A stretch of 64,000 bases of DNA, taken from assembly GCA_050951605.1 (NCBI GenBank), contig JBMNJJ010000009.1, positions 66,361 to 130,360 on the forward strand. The letters run 5' to 3'. The notes beneath the pieces are model-generated. The model was not told the DNA's origin. It saw only the letters and a program-made list of their open reading frames with translations, and made no database searches. Shown here one piece after another: positions 38,529 to 47,252 of the stretch. A program made the translations under genes and the position numbers. How positions within the stretch are numbered: position 1 is the first letter of the stretch; each line of letters starts with the position of its first letter. This stretch comes from Peptococcia bacterium (GTDB lineage Bacteria; Bacillota; Peptococcia; DRI-13; DTU073).

Positions 38529-39845
38529 ATGTACGTTGATCCTATTTTTATGCAGTTTGCTGATGGTATTGACAAAGAAAAGTTTATGATTGCTACCTAT
38601 TATGTACAAACCCATCGTAATGCTGAAGCAGTAAAATATGCCTGTGCACTTGCTGTTGAGCAAACTACAGGTACGTGGATTGCAGTTCCCGGTGAGACTG
38701 CGGAAGTTAGAGAAAAACATCTGGGTCGGGTAGTAGGGCTTTATGAAATCCCCGCTTATATTAGCGAAATGCCGGAAACTGTAAAAGAAAGACAGTATCT
38801 TATCAGGATTGCCTTCCCCGTTTTGAATATGGGACCACACTTTGCTACGATGTTGACGACCATTTTAGGGAACGTTTCTTATATGGGTCATTTAAAATTA
38901 ATGGATATTGAATTACCGGAAAGTTATTTGAAACAATTTAAGGGTCCTAAATTTGGTATTCAGGGAATCAGAGACCTTTTGGGCGTTCAGGACAGACCTC
39001 TTGTCAATAACATGATTAAACCTTGTACAGGATTAACTCCAAAACAGACAGCGGAACTTGCTTATGATGTAGCTCTGGGCGGCGTTGATATCATTAAAGA
39101 TGACGAATTGACTGCTGATCAGCCTTATTGTCCCTTGATTGACAGGGTTAAAGAAGTAATGAAAGCTCTGAAAGCTGCCGATGCGGAAAAAGGCGAAACG
39201 ACACTTTATACTTTTAATGTTACTGGACCGGTTGCTACCTTGAGAGATAGAGCACTTCGTGCCGTTGAAGCAGGTGCTAATGCTTTAATGGTTAATACGT
39301 GGACAATGGGTCTTGATGCTGTTAAAATGCTGGCTGATGATCCTGATATCAATGTTCCGATTCTTTCACATCCGGATTTACAGGGTGCGATGGCTGTTTC
39401 CCATTATTCAGGAATGTCCGTTAATCTTGCGAATGCTAAGTTCCCGCGTTTAGCCGGTATGGACATGGCTATCATCTTAAGCCCATACGGCAAGTTCCCC
39501 TTCACCATGGATGCGTTTATTAGCAATATGTTTGCTATGCTCACTCCTTGGAAAAACATTAAACCTATGATGCCTATGCCTGGTGGCGGAACTACACAAG
39601 GTCATATTGAAGAATTAATAGGCAATTTTGGTAAAGATATTATCATTGCTGCCGGTGGCGCTGTAATTGGTCACCCCATGGGAACAATTGCCGGTGGTAA
39701 AGCCTTTAGACAAGGTATCGATGCTGTCATGAAGGGTGCTACTTTAAGAGAAGCTTGCGAAGACCCTGCAAACAAAGAATTAAAAGCAGCTATTGATGCT
39801 TGGGGCGTTTATGGTGAAAAGACCATCTTTGACCTAAAAAGCTAA
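38529..39845 (+). CDS. RuBisCO large-subunit family protein, form IV (RuBisCO-like protein, RLP)
   Basis: 438 aa; GPKFGIQGIRDLLG, RPLVNNMIKPCTGL, ALGGVDIIKDDE, SHPDLQGAM (in place of HRAMH), and AAGGAVIGHPMG. Confidence 0.85.
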   Translation: MYVDPIFMQFADGIDKEKFMIATYYVQTHRNAEAVKYACALAVEQTTGTWIAVPGETAEVREKHLGRVVGLYEIPAYISEMPETVKERQYLIRIAFPVLNMGPHFATMLTTILGNVSYMGHLKLMDIELPESYLKQFKGPKFGIQGIRDLLGVQDRPLVNNMIKPCTGLTPKQTAELAYDVALGGVDIIKDDELTADQPYCPLIDRVKEVMKALKAADAEKGETTLYTFNVTGPVATLRDRALRAVEAGANALMVNTWTMGLDAVKMLADDPDINVPILSHPDLQGAMAVSHYSGMSVNLANAKFPRLAGMDMAIILSPYGKFPFTMDAFISNMFAMLTPWKNIKPMMPMPGGGTTQGHIEELIGNFGKDIIIAAGGAVIGHPMGTIAGGKAFRQGIDAVMKGATLREACEDPANKELKAAIDAWGVYGEKTIFDLKS

Positions 39846-39927
39846 GTTAATTTAATCTATATGTAGTACAATTCATAGCAATAAATAAAGTATAATTTGT
39901 AGCAGTAATTGTAGATAGGTATTTGAA

Positions 39928-39962
39928 CGAAGAGCTGAGCTTATAAAAAACTCAGCTCTTCG
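39928..39962 (+). terminator. Rho-independent terminator after the RLP gene
   Basis: cgaagagctgag / ctcagctcttcg perfect 12-bp stem. Confidence 0.8.
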
Positions 39963-40098
39963 CTTTCCTTAAAAAATATGATAAAAACGGAAGAAAAGTG
40001 AAAGAAAGGGCATTGGATTTTGGCTGGATTTTATATTATAATACGATTATAATAATTTAACAAAAGTATAAACAATATTTAGACAAAGGGGCGGTAAA

Positions 40099-40750
40099 GT
40101 GTTATTGGAAAAACAAAGAAGCAAGTTAATTAGTTTTATGTTGAAGGCCCAAGAAATGGGTTTAGTTCCTTTAACTTTTGGGAACTTTAGTTTACGGGAC
40201 AAAGATACCGGCTATGTATGTATTACACCTAGTGGTATGGAATATCAAGCTTTAAAACCTGAGGATATTGTGGTTGTAGATGTGAATGGGAAAGTTATCG
40301 AGGGAAAAAGGAAATATTCTATTGAAACTCCGATGCATTGTCTTATTTACAGAAAACGTGCTGATGTTTTTGGTGTTTGTCATACTCATTCTAGCTTTTG
40401 CTACCGCTTGGGCTGCAACAGATTTACAATTGCCGGTAGTTGTAGCGGAATTAGCTGCACTTGTGGGGGGGAATATTGAGACGGCCCCATATGAACAGAT
40501 GGGTTCAGTTGAATTGGCTAAAGTTGTTACAGAAACTTTAAAAGATAAAGATGCAGTGCTCATGGCTAATCATGGTCTTTTGGCAGTTGGACCTGACCTG
40601 GAGACCGCTTTTGCGAATGCGGTGATCGTCGAAGAAGGGGCTAAAGTGGCTTGTTATGCTCAAAGTATAGGAAAACTCCGGGCGATGCCGGAAGAAGATT
40701 GCCGAGGTTTACGTCAATGGGTTATAGAAAAATATGGGCAGCAAGAGTAA
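40099..40750 (+). pseudogene. Class II aldolase/adducin family protein (FucA/AraD-like), +1 frameshift
   Basis: FGNFSLRD, ITPSG and VCHTHSSF in ORF 40099..40479, continuing ATAWAATDLQLPVV...MANHGLLAVG in ORF 40286..40750. Deleting one T from the T4 run at 40396..40399 restores HTHSSFATAWA. Confidence 0.8.
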
Positions 40751-40798
40751 GAAATAGTTAATTAAGAAAAGGAAAGCGTGGTTAGGAGGTGATAAAAG

Positions 40799-43700
40799 GT
40801 GCAAGAAAAATTGTTAAAAATTATTGAGCAGGAAGATAAAAAGAATCCCCTTACAGATGAACAGTGTGCTAAAAGGTTGTTTTTAAACAGAAGTGAAGTA
40901 ACACAACTGAGACAAGCTTTAGGTATTCCTGATTCTCGAGAAAGAAGAAAACCGTTATTAGAAGAGGAAATAAAAGAAATTATGAAGAAAGATGCTACTA
41001 TTTCTGAACGAAATTTAACAGCGGAAATTAAAAAAAGAGGATTTATTCTTTCCCGTTATACTGTGGCGAAGATTTTAAAAGAGTTAAAACTTGAGACCGG
41101 AAAGCAGAATAAGGAGATCCGGGTAGAAGAACAGCCAAAAGAAACACAGGAAAAACGTGAAGCACAAGAACAGCAGGAAGAACAGGAAGACCAAGCGGAA
41201 CAGCAAAAAAATAAAATAAATGATCGTCCTGACCCTTTTGCTATTATGATTGGTTGGAATATGAGTTTGCGTGTTAAGGTGGAACAAGCTAAAGCAGCGG
41301 TGCTATATCCACCGTATGGTTTGCATACTTTGATTGTGGGAGCTACAGGTGTAGGTAAAAGTGTCATGGCCGAATGTATGTATAAATTTGCTTTGAAGAC
41401 GAAAAAGCTCGAGGCAAGTCAGTTCCCTTTTATTATCTTTAATTGTGCAGACTATGCGGAAAACCCTCAGCTTCTTTTAGCACAGCTTTTTGGTTATAAA
41501 AAAGGAGCATTTACCGGCGCTGAAAAAGATCGAGACGGTTTAGTAGCTAAAGCTGATGGAGGAATTCTCTTTTTGGATGAGGTGCATCGCTTACCTCCTG
41601 ATGGGCAGGAAATTCTGTTTCAACTTATTGATAAAGGTAAGTATAGGCGCTTAGGAGAAACCGATATTGTTCATGATGCTCAAGTAATGATTATTGCGGC
41701 AACTACTGAGGATATTGAAAAAAGCTTATTAGCTACTTTCAGGCGGAGAATTCCGATGATTATAGAACTCCCTCCTTTAAATAAGCGACCGGTAGAAGAG
41801 AGATTGGGTATTATTAAAATGTTTTTTCAGCAAGAAGCGGCAAGAATTAATAAACAAATAATTGTTGGTTATAATGCTTTGCGGACTTTGCTGATTTATA
41901 ATTGTGTGGGAAATATTGGACAGCTTCGTTCTGATATTCAGGTAGCTTGTGCGCGCGGTTTTTTGGCTTATGTGGCTAAAGGAAGTCAACAGGAGGTTAT
42001 CTCTGTTGATTTTGAGGAATTACCCGTTCATGCTACTAAGGATTTACTGAATACCCGGTGGGACAGGGCAGAAGTGGAAAAAATAATCTCAGAGGAATTG
42101 ATTTTTATTCCGGGTTTAGCTGAACCGGAGTCGGAATTAGAAGAAAGTTTATATATTTTTCCGAATGATATTTATAAAAACATTGAAGAACAGTATCAGG
42201 AATTACAAAAACATGGTTTGTCCGATGAAGTAATTAATCGGATTATTGGCGATGAACTTGAAGCGCGCGTAAAAAAGATTATTAAACAAGTGGAAAAGAA
42301 TAAACATAAATTTGTACGCGAAGATTTAAAAACGATAGTTCGACCTGAAGTCGTGGAATTAGTTCAGGAAATGGTCAAAAAAGCTAAATCTCTCCTAGGA
42401 GAGATTGATGATACACTTTTTTACTGTTTGGCAACACATCTTAATGCTACTGTAGAAAGAATAAAGAGTGGAAAAAGTATTACTAATCCGCAGTTAGACA
42501 GTGTTAAAAAAAATTATAACAAAGAGTTTAAAATTGCCACAGAAATGGCTTCTTTGACTAGTTTTTATTTGGGAATAGATTTGCCGGAAGAAGAAATTGG
42601 CTTTATTGCGATGTATTTGAGAACTTTGGCTAATAAAAATGTTGACCCTCAAAATACGATTGGTATCGTTGTGGTAACTCATGGTCATGTAGCAGAAGGA
42701 ATGGCCAATGTGGCTAATCGTCTTTTAGGAGTGAATCATGTCCAAGCAGTAGAAATGTCTCTTGATGAAAAACCTGAATCTGCATATCAAAAAACCTTAG
42801 ATACAGTGATTAAAGCGAACCGAGGTAAAGGGGTTCTCATTTTAGTAGATATGGGTTCTTTATCGAGTTTTGGTAATTTTATAACACAAAAGACAGGGAT
42901 TATGACTAGAACTGTGACAAGAGTTGATACCTTGATGGTTATTGACGCTGTGCGTAAAGTACTTTTACCTGAGGCCGATATTGATGAAGTGGCTACATCT
43001 TTAATTAGAGGAAAAACAGTTAAAACTTATCCTTATGAGGATGTAGCTCCTTTAACTACTGACAACATGGCAATTATTAGTTTATGTTTGACGGGTGAAG
43101 GTACTGCTAGACATATCGATAAGTTGATTAAAAATGAGGTTCATAAAATAAATGAGAAAATAAAAATAGTTACACTGGGGGTCTTGGATGATCGTGACGT
43201 ACTAGAACAAATAGATAGAATACGTCACAATATGAACGTTTTAGCGATAGTTGGTACCGTTAATCCGGAACATCCCGAAATACCCTTTATTTCTTCTGCC
43301 GATGTGATTAAAGGAGTAGGGTTAAAGAAACTTTTGAAAATTGTGAGAATAAAATGTGATGAAAGTAATCCCTTGACCTTTAAAGAAGCCTTGAACGCTG
43401 TTTTTAGTAAAGATTTTATTTTGGTAGGGCAGGAGGTACGCAATAAATTTGAAGCGATTAAAATACTTACAGACATTTTAGTAAATAAGGGTTGTGTTTC
43501 TCCTAGCTTCATTACCGGTGTTTTAGAAAGGGAAGAGATGGGTTCAACGGCGCTTGGAACTTCTATAGCGATACCTCATGGTTATGGTGAGGATATTATT
43601 TTCCCAGCAGTAGCAATAATGACTTTAAAAAAACCGGTGGAGTGGTATGAAGGGATTAAAGTTTCTTTAGTTTTTCTTTTAGCTCTTAATGAAAGTTCAA

Positions 43701-43810
43701 AAGATGAGTTCAAGCGTGTGTATAAGATTATTAGGAACCAATATATTGCCGAAGAATTAAAGAAAGCTCAAGATGCTGAAGAAGTGTTAGCTATTTTAGA
43801 AAGTATTTAG
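40799..43810 (+). CDS. Sigma-54-dependent, PTS-controlled transcriptional activator (LevR-like)
   Basis: 1003 aa. By eye: HTH; Glu/Gln-rich linker; AAA+ (GATGVGKS, GAFTGA, FLDEVHRL); a PRD; EIIA-Man-like (VVVTHGHVAEG); EIIB-Gat-like (SLCLTGEGTA); C-terminal EIIA-2 (IAIPHGYG). Confidence 0.85.
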   Translation: MQEKLLKIIEQEDKKNPLTDEQCAKRLFLNRSEVTQLRQALGIPDSRERRKPLLEEEIKEIMKKDATISERNLTAEIKKRGFILSRYTVAKILKELKLETGKQNKEIRVEEQPKETQEKREAQEQQEEQEDQAEQQKNKINDRPDPFAIMIGWNMSLRVKVEQAKAAVLYPPYGLHTLIVGATGVGKSVMAECMYKFALKTKKLEASQFPFIIFNCADYAENPQLLLAQLFGYKKGAFTGAEKDRDGLVAKADGGILFLDEVHRLPPDGQEILFQLIDKGKYRRLGETDIVHDAQVMIIAATTEDIEKSLLATFRRRIPMIIELPPLNKRPVEERLGIIKMFFQQEAARINKQIIVGYNALRTLLIYNCVGNIGQLRSDIQVACARGFLAYVAKGSQQEVISVDFEELPVHATKDLLNTRWDRAEVEKIISEELIFIPGLAEPESELEESLYIFPNDIYKNIEEQYQELQKHGLSDEVINRIIGDELEARVKKIIKQVEKNKHKFVREDLKTIVRPEVVELVQEMVKKAKSLLGEIDDTLFYCLATHLNATVERIKSGKSITNPQLDSVKKNYNKEFKIATEMASLTSFYLGIDLPEEEIGFIAMYLRTLANKNVDPQNTIGIVVVTHGHVAEGMANVANRLLGVNHVQAVEMSLDEKPESAYQKTLDTVIKANRGKGVLILVDMGSLSSFGNFITQKTGIMTRTVTRVDTLMVIDAVRKVLLPEADIDEVATSLIRGKTVKTYPYEDVAPLTTDNMAIISLCLTGEGTARHIDKLIKNEVHKINEKIKIVTLGVLDDRDVLEQIDRIRHNMNVLAIVGTVNPEHPEIPFISSADVIKGVGLKKLLKIVRIKCDESNPLTFKEALNAVFSKDFILVGQEVRNKFEAIKILTDILVNKGCVSPSFITGVLEREEMGSTALGTSIAIPHGYGEDIIFPAVAIMTLKKPVEWYEGIKVSLVFLLALNESSKDEFKRVYKIIRNQYIAEELKKAQDAEEVLAILESI

Positions 43811-43851
43811 AAATAAATTTGCCAACAAAATTTTTAAGGAGGATTATGGTT

Positions 43852-44382
43852 ATGAAAAAATGGATGGAAGAAAGTGTAATTAGGGGTGTAGAGATGATGG
43901 CTATTGCGGCCAAGACTGCTCCGAAGTCTAAAGGTGATGACTTTGTCGGTATAAAAATTATTACCGGCGATGAAATAACAGTATTAGCCGATGCTATGGT
44001 CAAGTATGGTGAGGATAATCAGAAAAGAAATTATGATCGTGATGGGGAAAATGTAAGAAATTCCAGTGCAGTATTATTACTTTCTTTAGAGGACCCTAAA
44101 GTGACAGGGTTAAATTGTGGTGCTTGTGGTGTTAATCGTTGTGCAGATTTAAAAACTGTGGAAGGTGAAGAGTTTGCGGGTCCTCTTTGTGCTTGGCGAC
44201 TTTTAGATTTAGGGGTGGCCTTAGGTTCTGCTGTAAAAACAGCTAGTATTTTGAATTTAGATAATCGGATTATGTATCGTGTTGGTGCTGTAGCACGGAA
44301 AATAGGAATGATGCAAGGACCGATTGTGGTAGGAATTCCAGTTTCTGCCCAGGGTAAAAGTATTTATTTTGATAGAAAATAA
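43852..44382 (+). CDS. DUF2148-like ferredoxin-domain protein
   Basis: AAKTAPKSKG and LNCGACGVNRC...PLCAWRLLDLG motifs. The start is probably ATG 43852, behind AAGGAGG. Confidence 0.6.
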   Translation: MKKWMEESVIRGVEMMAIAAKTAPKSKGDDFVGIKIITGDEITVLADAMVKYGEDNQKRNYDRDGENVRNSSAVLLLSLEDPKVTGLNCGACGVNRCADLKTVEGEEFAGPLCAWRLLDLGVALGSAVKTASILNLDNRIMYRVGAVARKIGMMQGPIVVGIPVSAQGKSIYFDRK

Positions 44383-44416
44383 GGAAAGAAGATAGTGGCT
44401 TGCTAGGGAGGTTAAA

Positions 44417-44680
44417 ATGATTATTAGACAGGTTAAATTTATGAACGAATCAGGTCTTCATGCTCGTCCTGCAGCGGTTTTCGTTGACCTAGCAAGTAGA
44501 TTTAAAGCATCTATTTTTGTGGAAAAGGGAGAACATAGTTATAACGGGAAAAGTATTGTTTCTATTCTTTCTGCGGGGATTGGCAAGGGAGATAAAGTAA
44601 ATTTAATTATTGAAGGTGAGGATGAGGAATTAGCCGATGAGCTTTTACTCTCCTTAATTAAAAATAATTTTTCCGAGTAA
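44417..44680 (+). CDS. HPr family phosphocarrier protein (copy 2)
   Basis: NESGLHARPAAVFV (His15) and NGKSIVSILSAG (Ser46 region); 87 aa. Confidence 0.85.
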   Translation: MIIRQVKFMNESGLHARPAAVFVDLASRFKASIFVEKGEHSYNGKSIVSILSAGIGKGDKVNLIIEGEDEELADELLLSLIKNNFSE

Positions 44681-44703
44681 AAAAAATTGATGCAGATTTT
44701 TAT

Positions 44704-44760
44704 AAAAAGGAAGGGACTGTTTCATCATGAGATTATTGATGAAACAATCCCTTCCTTTTT
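44704..44760 (+). terminator. Strong rho-independent terminator closing the PTS/RLP region
   Basis: 24-nt arms aaaaaggaagggactgtttcatca / tgatgaaacaatcccttccttttt with one mismatch. Confidence 0.85.
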
Positions 44761-44885
44761 GCGTAAAAAATAATAAAAACATAACAAACAATGTTAAAGA
44801 AGGAAAAAAGTAGAATAATGTGGTATAATAACATTTAAAGGCAAAGATGGAAAATAAACAAGAGACCAGTTTATAGGAGCGATTT

Positions 44886-45989
44886 ATGAGTAGGCTTAAG
44901 CTTATGCTTGTGGATAGAGATATTGAATATGTCAACTGTTTGCTTAATTATTTAATGTCTGAGCAGGCAGAGAAGTTTTGGGTTAACTCTTTTACAGAAG
45001 AGTCTGCCTTAGATAAATTCTTGGCGGAAGAAAAAACAGTTGACCTTGTTCTAACGAGTAGTGAATTTTATGAAATGCTAATTTCTAAAGTTCAGGGGCT
45101 AATTATTCTTTTAGATGAGGATAAAGAAACTTTTAAGGGAAACAAATGTAGAATGGTCGAAAAGTATCAATATGGTGACCGGTTGACAACAGAAATTATA
45201 AAAATATATGCAGAAGAAGTCTCCGAGGTTTCTATAAGTTGTTCGCGTAACCGTATTGGACAAAAAACAAAAATAATTGGCATTTATTCTCCGATAGGTG
45301 GTGTAGGTACGACGACAGTAGCTGTAGGGGCTAGTATTCAATCGGCTTGGGAGGGAAAGAACGTTTTTTATTTAAATTTAGAGAACACTTCTTCTATACC
45401 TCTTTATTTTACAGGTCAGCAGGGAAAAAACTTTGCCCATGTTCTATATTTTTTAAAGGAAAAAAGGGAAAATTTGGCTTGGCAAATAGAGAGTGCTAAA
45501 TGTGTAGACCCTACCTATAAAATTCATTATTTTCAGTCTCCAGATAGCATTTTTGACTTTAATGAAGACCTTAGTGAGGAATTATCTCTTTTATTAAGAG
45601 AATTAAAGTTTACTAAACAATATGAGCGAATTTTTGTTGACCTTTCTTCAGAAATAAACAAAAATAATTTAGCTGTTTTACGGGCTTGTGATGACCTTAT
45701 ATTGGTAGCTCAAGCAAACATGACTTCTTTAGTAAAAATAAAATGTTTGTGTAAAGAATTGCGTTTACTTTCAGAGGAAGAAGACATTGTTGAGAGATTC
45801 AATTTAGTACTAAATAAAGATGTGCCGGGTGCGGTAAGAGAGGTAGAGGAAATAAGTATTAATCAAAAAGGAGTTGTTGCTCGAATTCCTTGGGTGGAGA
45901 ATTTAACTTCTTTGCAGGGTAGTGTTTATAGATTGGATTTTAATTCAAGTTTTGGCCAGGCAATTTATCAATTATTGTTGAGTTTTTAA
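44886..45989 (+). CDS. TadZ/CpaE-like pilus-assembly ATPase homolog with pseudo-receiver N-domain
   Basis: N-terminal REC-like fold (LMLVDRD...VDLVLTSS) lacking the acceptor Asp, plus a ParA/MinD-like domain whose P-loop SPIGGVGTTT lacks the signature Lys. Confidence 0.7.
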   Translation: MSRLKLMLVDRDIEYVNCLLNYLMSEQAEKFWVNSFTEESALDKFLAEEKTVDLVLTSSEFYEMLISKVQGLIILLDEDKETFKGNKCRMVEKYQYGDRLTTEIIKIYAEEVSEVSISCSRNRIGQKTKIIGIYSPIGGVGTTTVAVGASIQSAWEGKNVFYLNLENTSSIPLYFTGQQGKNFAHVLYFLKEKRENLAWQIESAKCVDPTYKIHYFQSPDSIFDFNEDLSEELSLLLRELKFTKQYERIFVDLSSEINKNNLAVLRACDDLILVAQANMTSLVKIKCLCKELRLLSEEEDIVERFNLVLNKDVPGAVREVEEISINQKGVVARIPWVENLTSLQGSVYRLDFNSSFGQAIYQLLLSF

Positions 45990-46013
45990 AGAAAATTATA
46001 GGGGAGAAGCTAG

Positions 46014-47252
46014 GTGGGATTTAAAGTGGATGCTAATTTATTACAAGAGATAAAAGCGATTATTAATAAAAATATTGATTTAAGAAAAGACTTTTCGGAT
46101 GAGGAAATAGAGGAGGTTATCACGCAAGCTGTTTTTGCCAAGGCGCAGGAAACATATCTTAGCATTTCCGAGAAGCAATTTTTGATTAAGTATATTTTTA
46201 ATGCAATGCGGAGGCTAGATATAATTCAGCCTCTGCTTGATGACCCTATGGTCACAGAGATTATGGTTAATGGTCCTGACGATATTTTTATTGAACGTCA
46301 GGGGAGGATTAGTAAGTTGGAATTAGCTTTTACGAGTAGAGAGAAATTGGAAGATGTAATTCAATCAATTGTTTCCAAAGTTAACCGAACGGTAAATGAA
46401 GCTTCACCGATTGTTGATGCTCGCCTTGAAGATGGTTCAAGGGTTAGTGTAGTGTTACCACCGATTGCTTTAAATGGACCAATTTTAACGATTAGAAAAT
46501 TTCCGGAAAAGCCGCTGACGATGGAACAACTTGTTGCTTATGGCACACTTACGGAGGAAGCGGCAAAAGTTTTAGCACAGATGGTTAAAGCTAAATATAA
46601 TCTTTTTATTTGTGGAGGTACCGGTTCCGGTAAAACTACTTTTTTGAACGCGCTTTCCAATTTTATTCCTGAAGATGAAAGGATTGTAACAATTGAGGAT
46701 TCGGCGGAATTACAGATAGTTAGTGTAAAAAACATTGTAAAGATGGAAACCAGGAATGCTAATACTGAGGGGAAGGGTGAAATAACGATTCGTGATTTGA
46801 TAAGGACTTCTTTGCGGATGCGCCCTGATCGGATTATTGTGGGCGAGGTTAGGGGGGGAGAAGCTTTAGATATGTTACAGGCAATGAATACCGGTCATGA
46901 CGGTTCTTTGTCTACAGGACATGCTAATTCGTCTAAAGATATGTTAAGTAGATTAGAAACGATGGTTTTAACGGCATCTTCTTTTCCTTTGGAGGCGATT
47001 AGACAGCAGATTGCTTCTGCACTTGATGTGATTATTCATTTAGGTAGATTAAGGGATAAGTCGCGAAGAGTTTTGGAAATAAGCGAAGTGAAAGGATATG
47101 AAGCTGGTGAAATAAAGTTAAATCCTTTATTTGTTTTTCAGGAAGAGGGGGAAATGTTTGGAGAAAAAGTTGAGGGAGTTTTAAAAAGAACAAAAAATCC
47201 TTTAATTCATACGCTGAAGTTTAAAATGTCCGGTATTGCGGTGGAAGGATGA
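46014..47252 (+). CDS. CpaF/TadA family type II/IV secretion ATPase
   Basis: Walker A GGTGSGKTT, Walker B/Asp box RIIVGEVRGGEA, and His box GHDGSLSTGHANS. Confidence 0.9.
   Translation: MGFKVDANLLQEIKAIINKNIDLRKDFSDEEIEEVITQAVFAKAQETYLSISEKQFLIKYIFNAMRRLDIIQPLLDDPMVTEIMVNGPDDIFIERQGRISKLELAFTSREKLEDVIQSIVSKVNRTVNEASPIVDARLEDGSRVSVVLPPIALNGPILTIRKFPEKPLTMEQLVAYGTLTEEAAKVLAQMVKAKYNLFICGGTGSGKTTFLNALSNFIPEDERIVTIEDSAELQIVSVKNIVKMETRNANTEGKGEITIRDLIRTSLRMRPDRIIVGEVRGGEALDMLQAMNTGHDGSLSTGHANSSKDMLSRLETMVLTASSFPLEAIRQQIASALDVIIHLGRLRDKSRRVLEISEVKGYEAGEIKLNPLFVFQEEGEMFGEKVEGVLKRTKNPLIHTLKFKMSGIAVEG

Noticed and set aside
39862-39914. Repeated TGTAG / TAATT(T)GTAG motifs and a TATAAT between the RLP stop codon and its terminator. 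These might be an operator or a tiny sRNA promoter.
   Set aside because: The repeats are short, AT-rich and only 5-9 nt long. There is no convincing -35 box, and the position inside a 3' UTR has no clear regulatory logic. I cannot tell it apart from chance by eye.
6121-40750. Whether the split genes could be selenoprotein genes read through an in-frame UGA, given the selenium module nearby.
   Set aside because: In every split pair the downstream ORF is in a different reading frame from the upstream one. Stop-codon recoding therefore cannot join them; only +1 or -1 corrections do.
41056-41367. Many ORF-track entries lie antisense to or nested in strong genes (for example 41056..41367, 41084..41287, 58357..58788, 29940..30152, 4014..4244, 7133..7327, 8815..9042 and 52496..52765).
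   Set aside because: They overlap well-supported genes on the opposite strand or in another frame. They lack RBSs and have low-complexity or biased composition, so I treat them as spurious.
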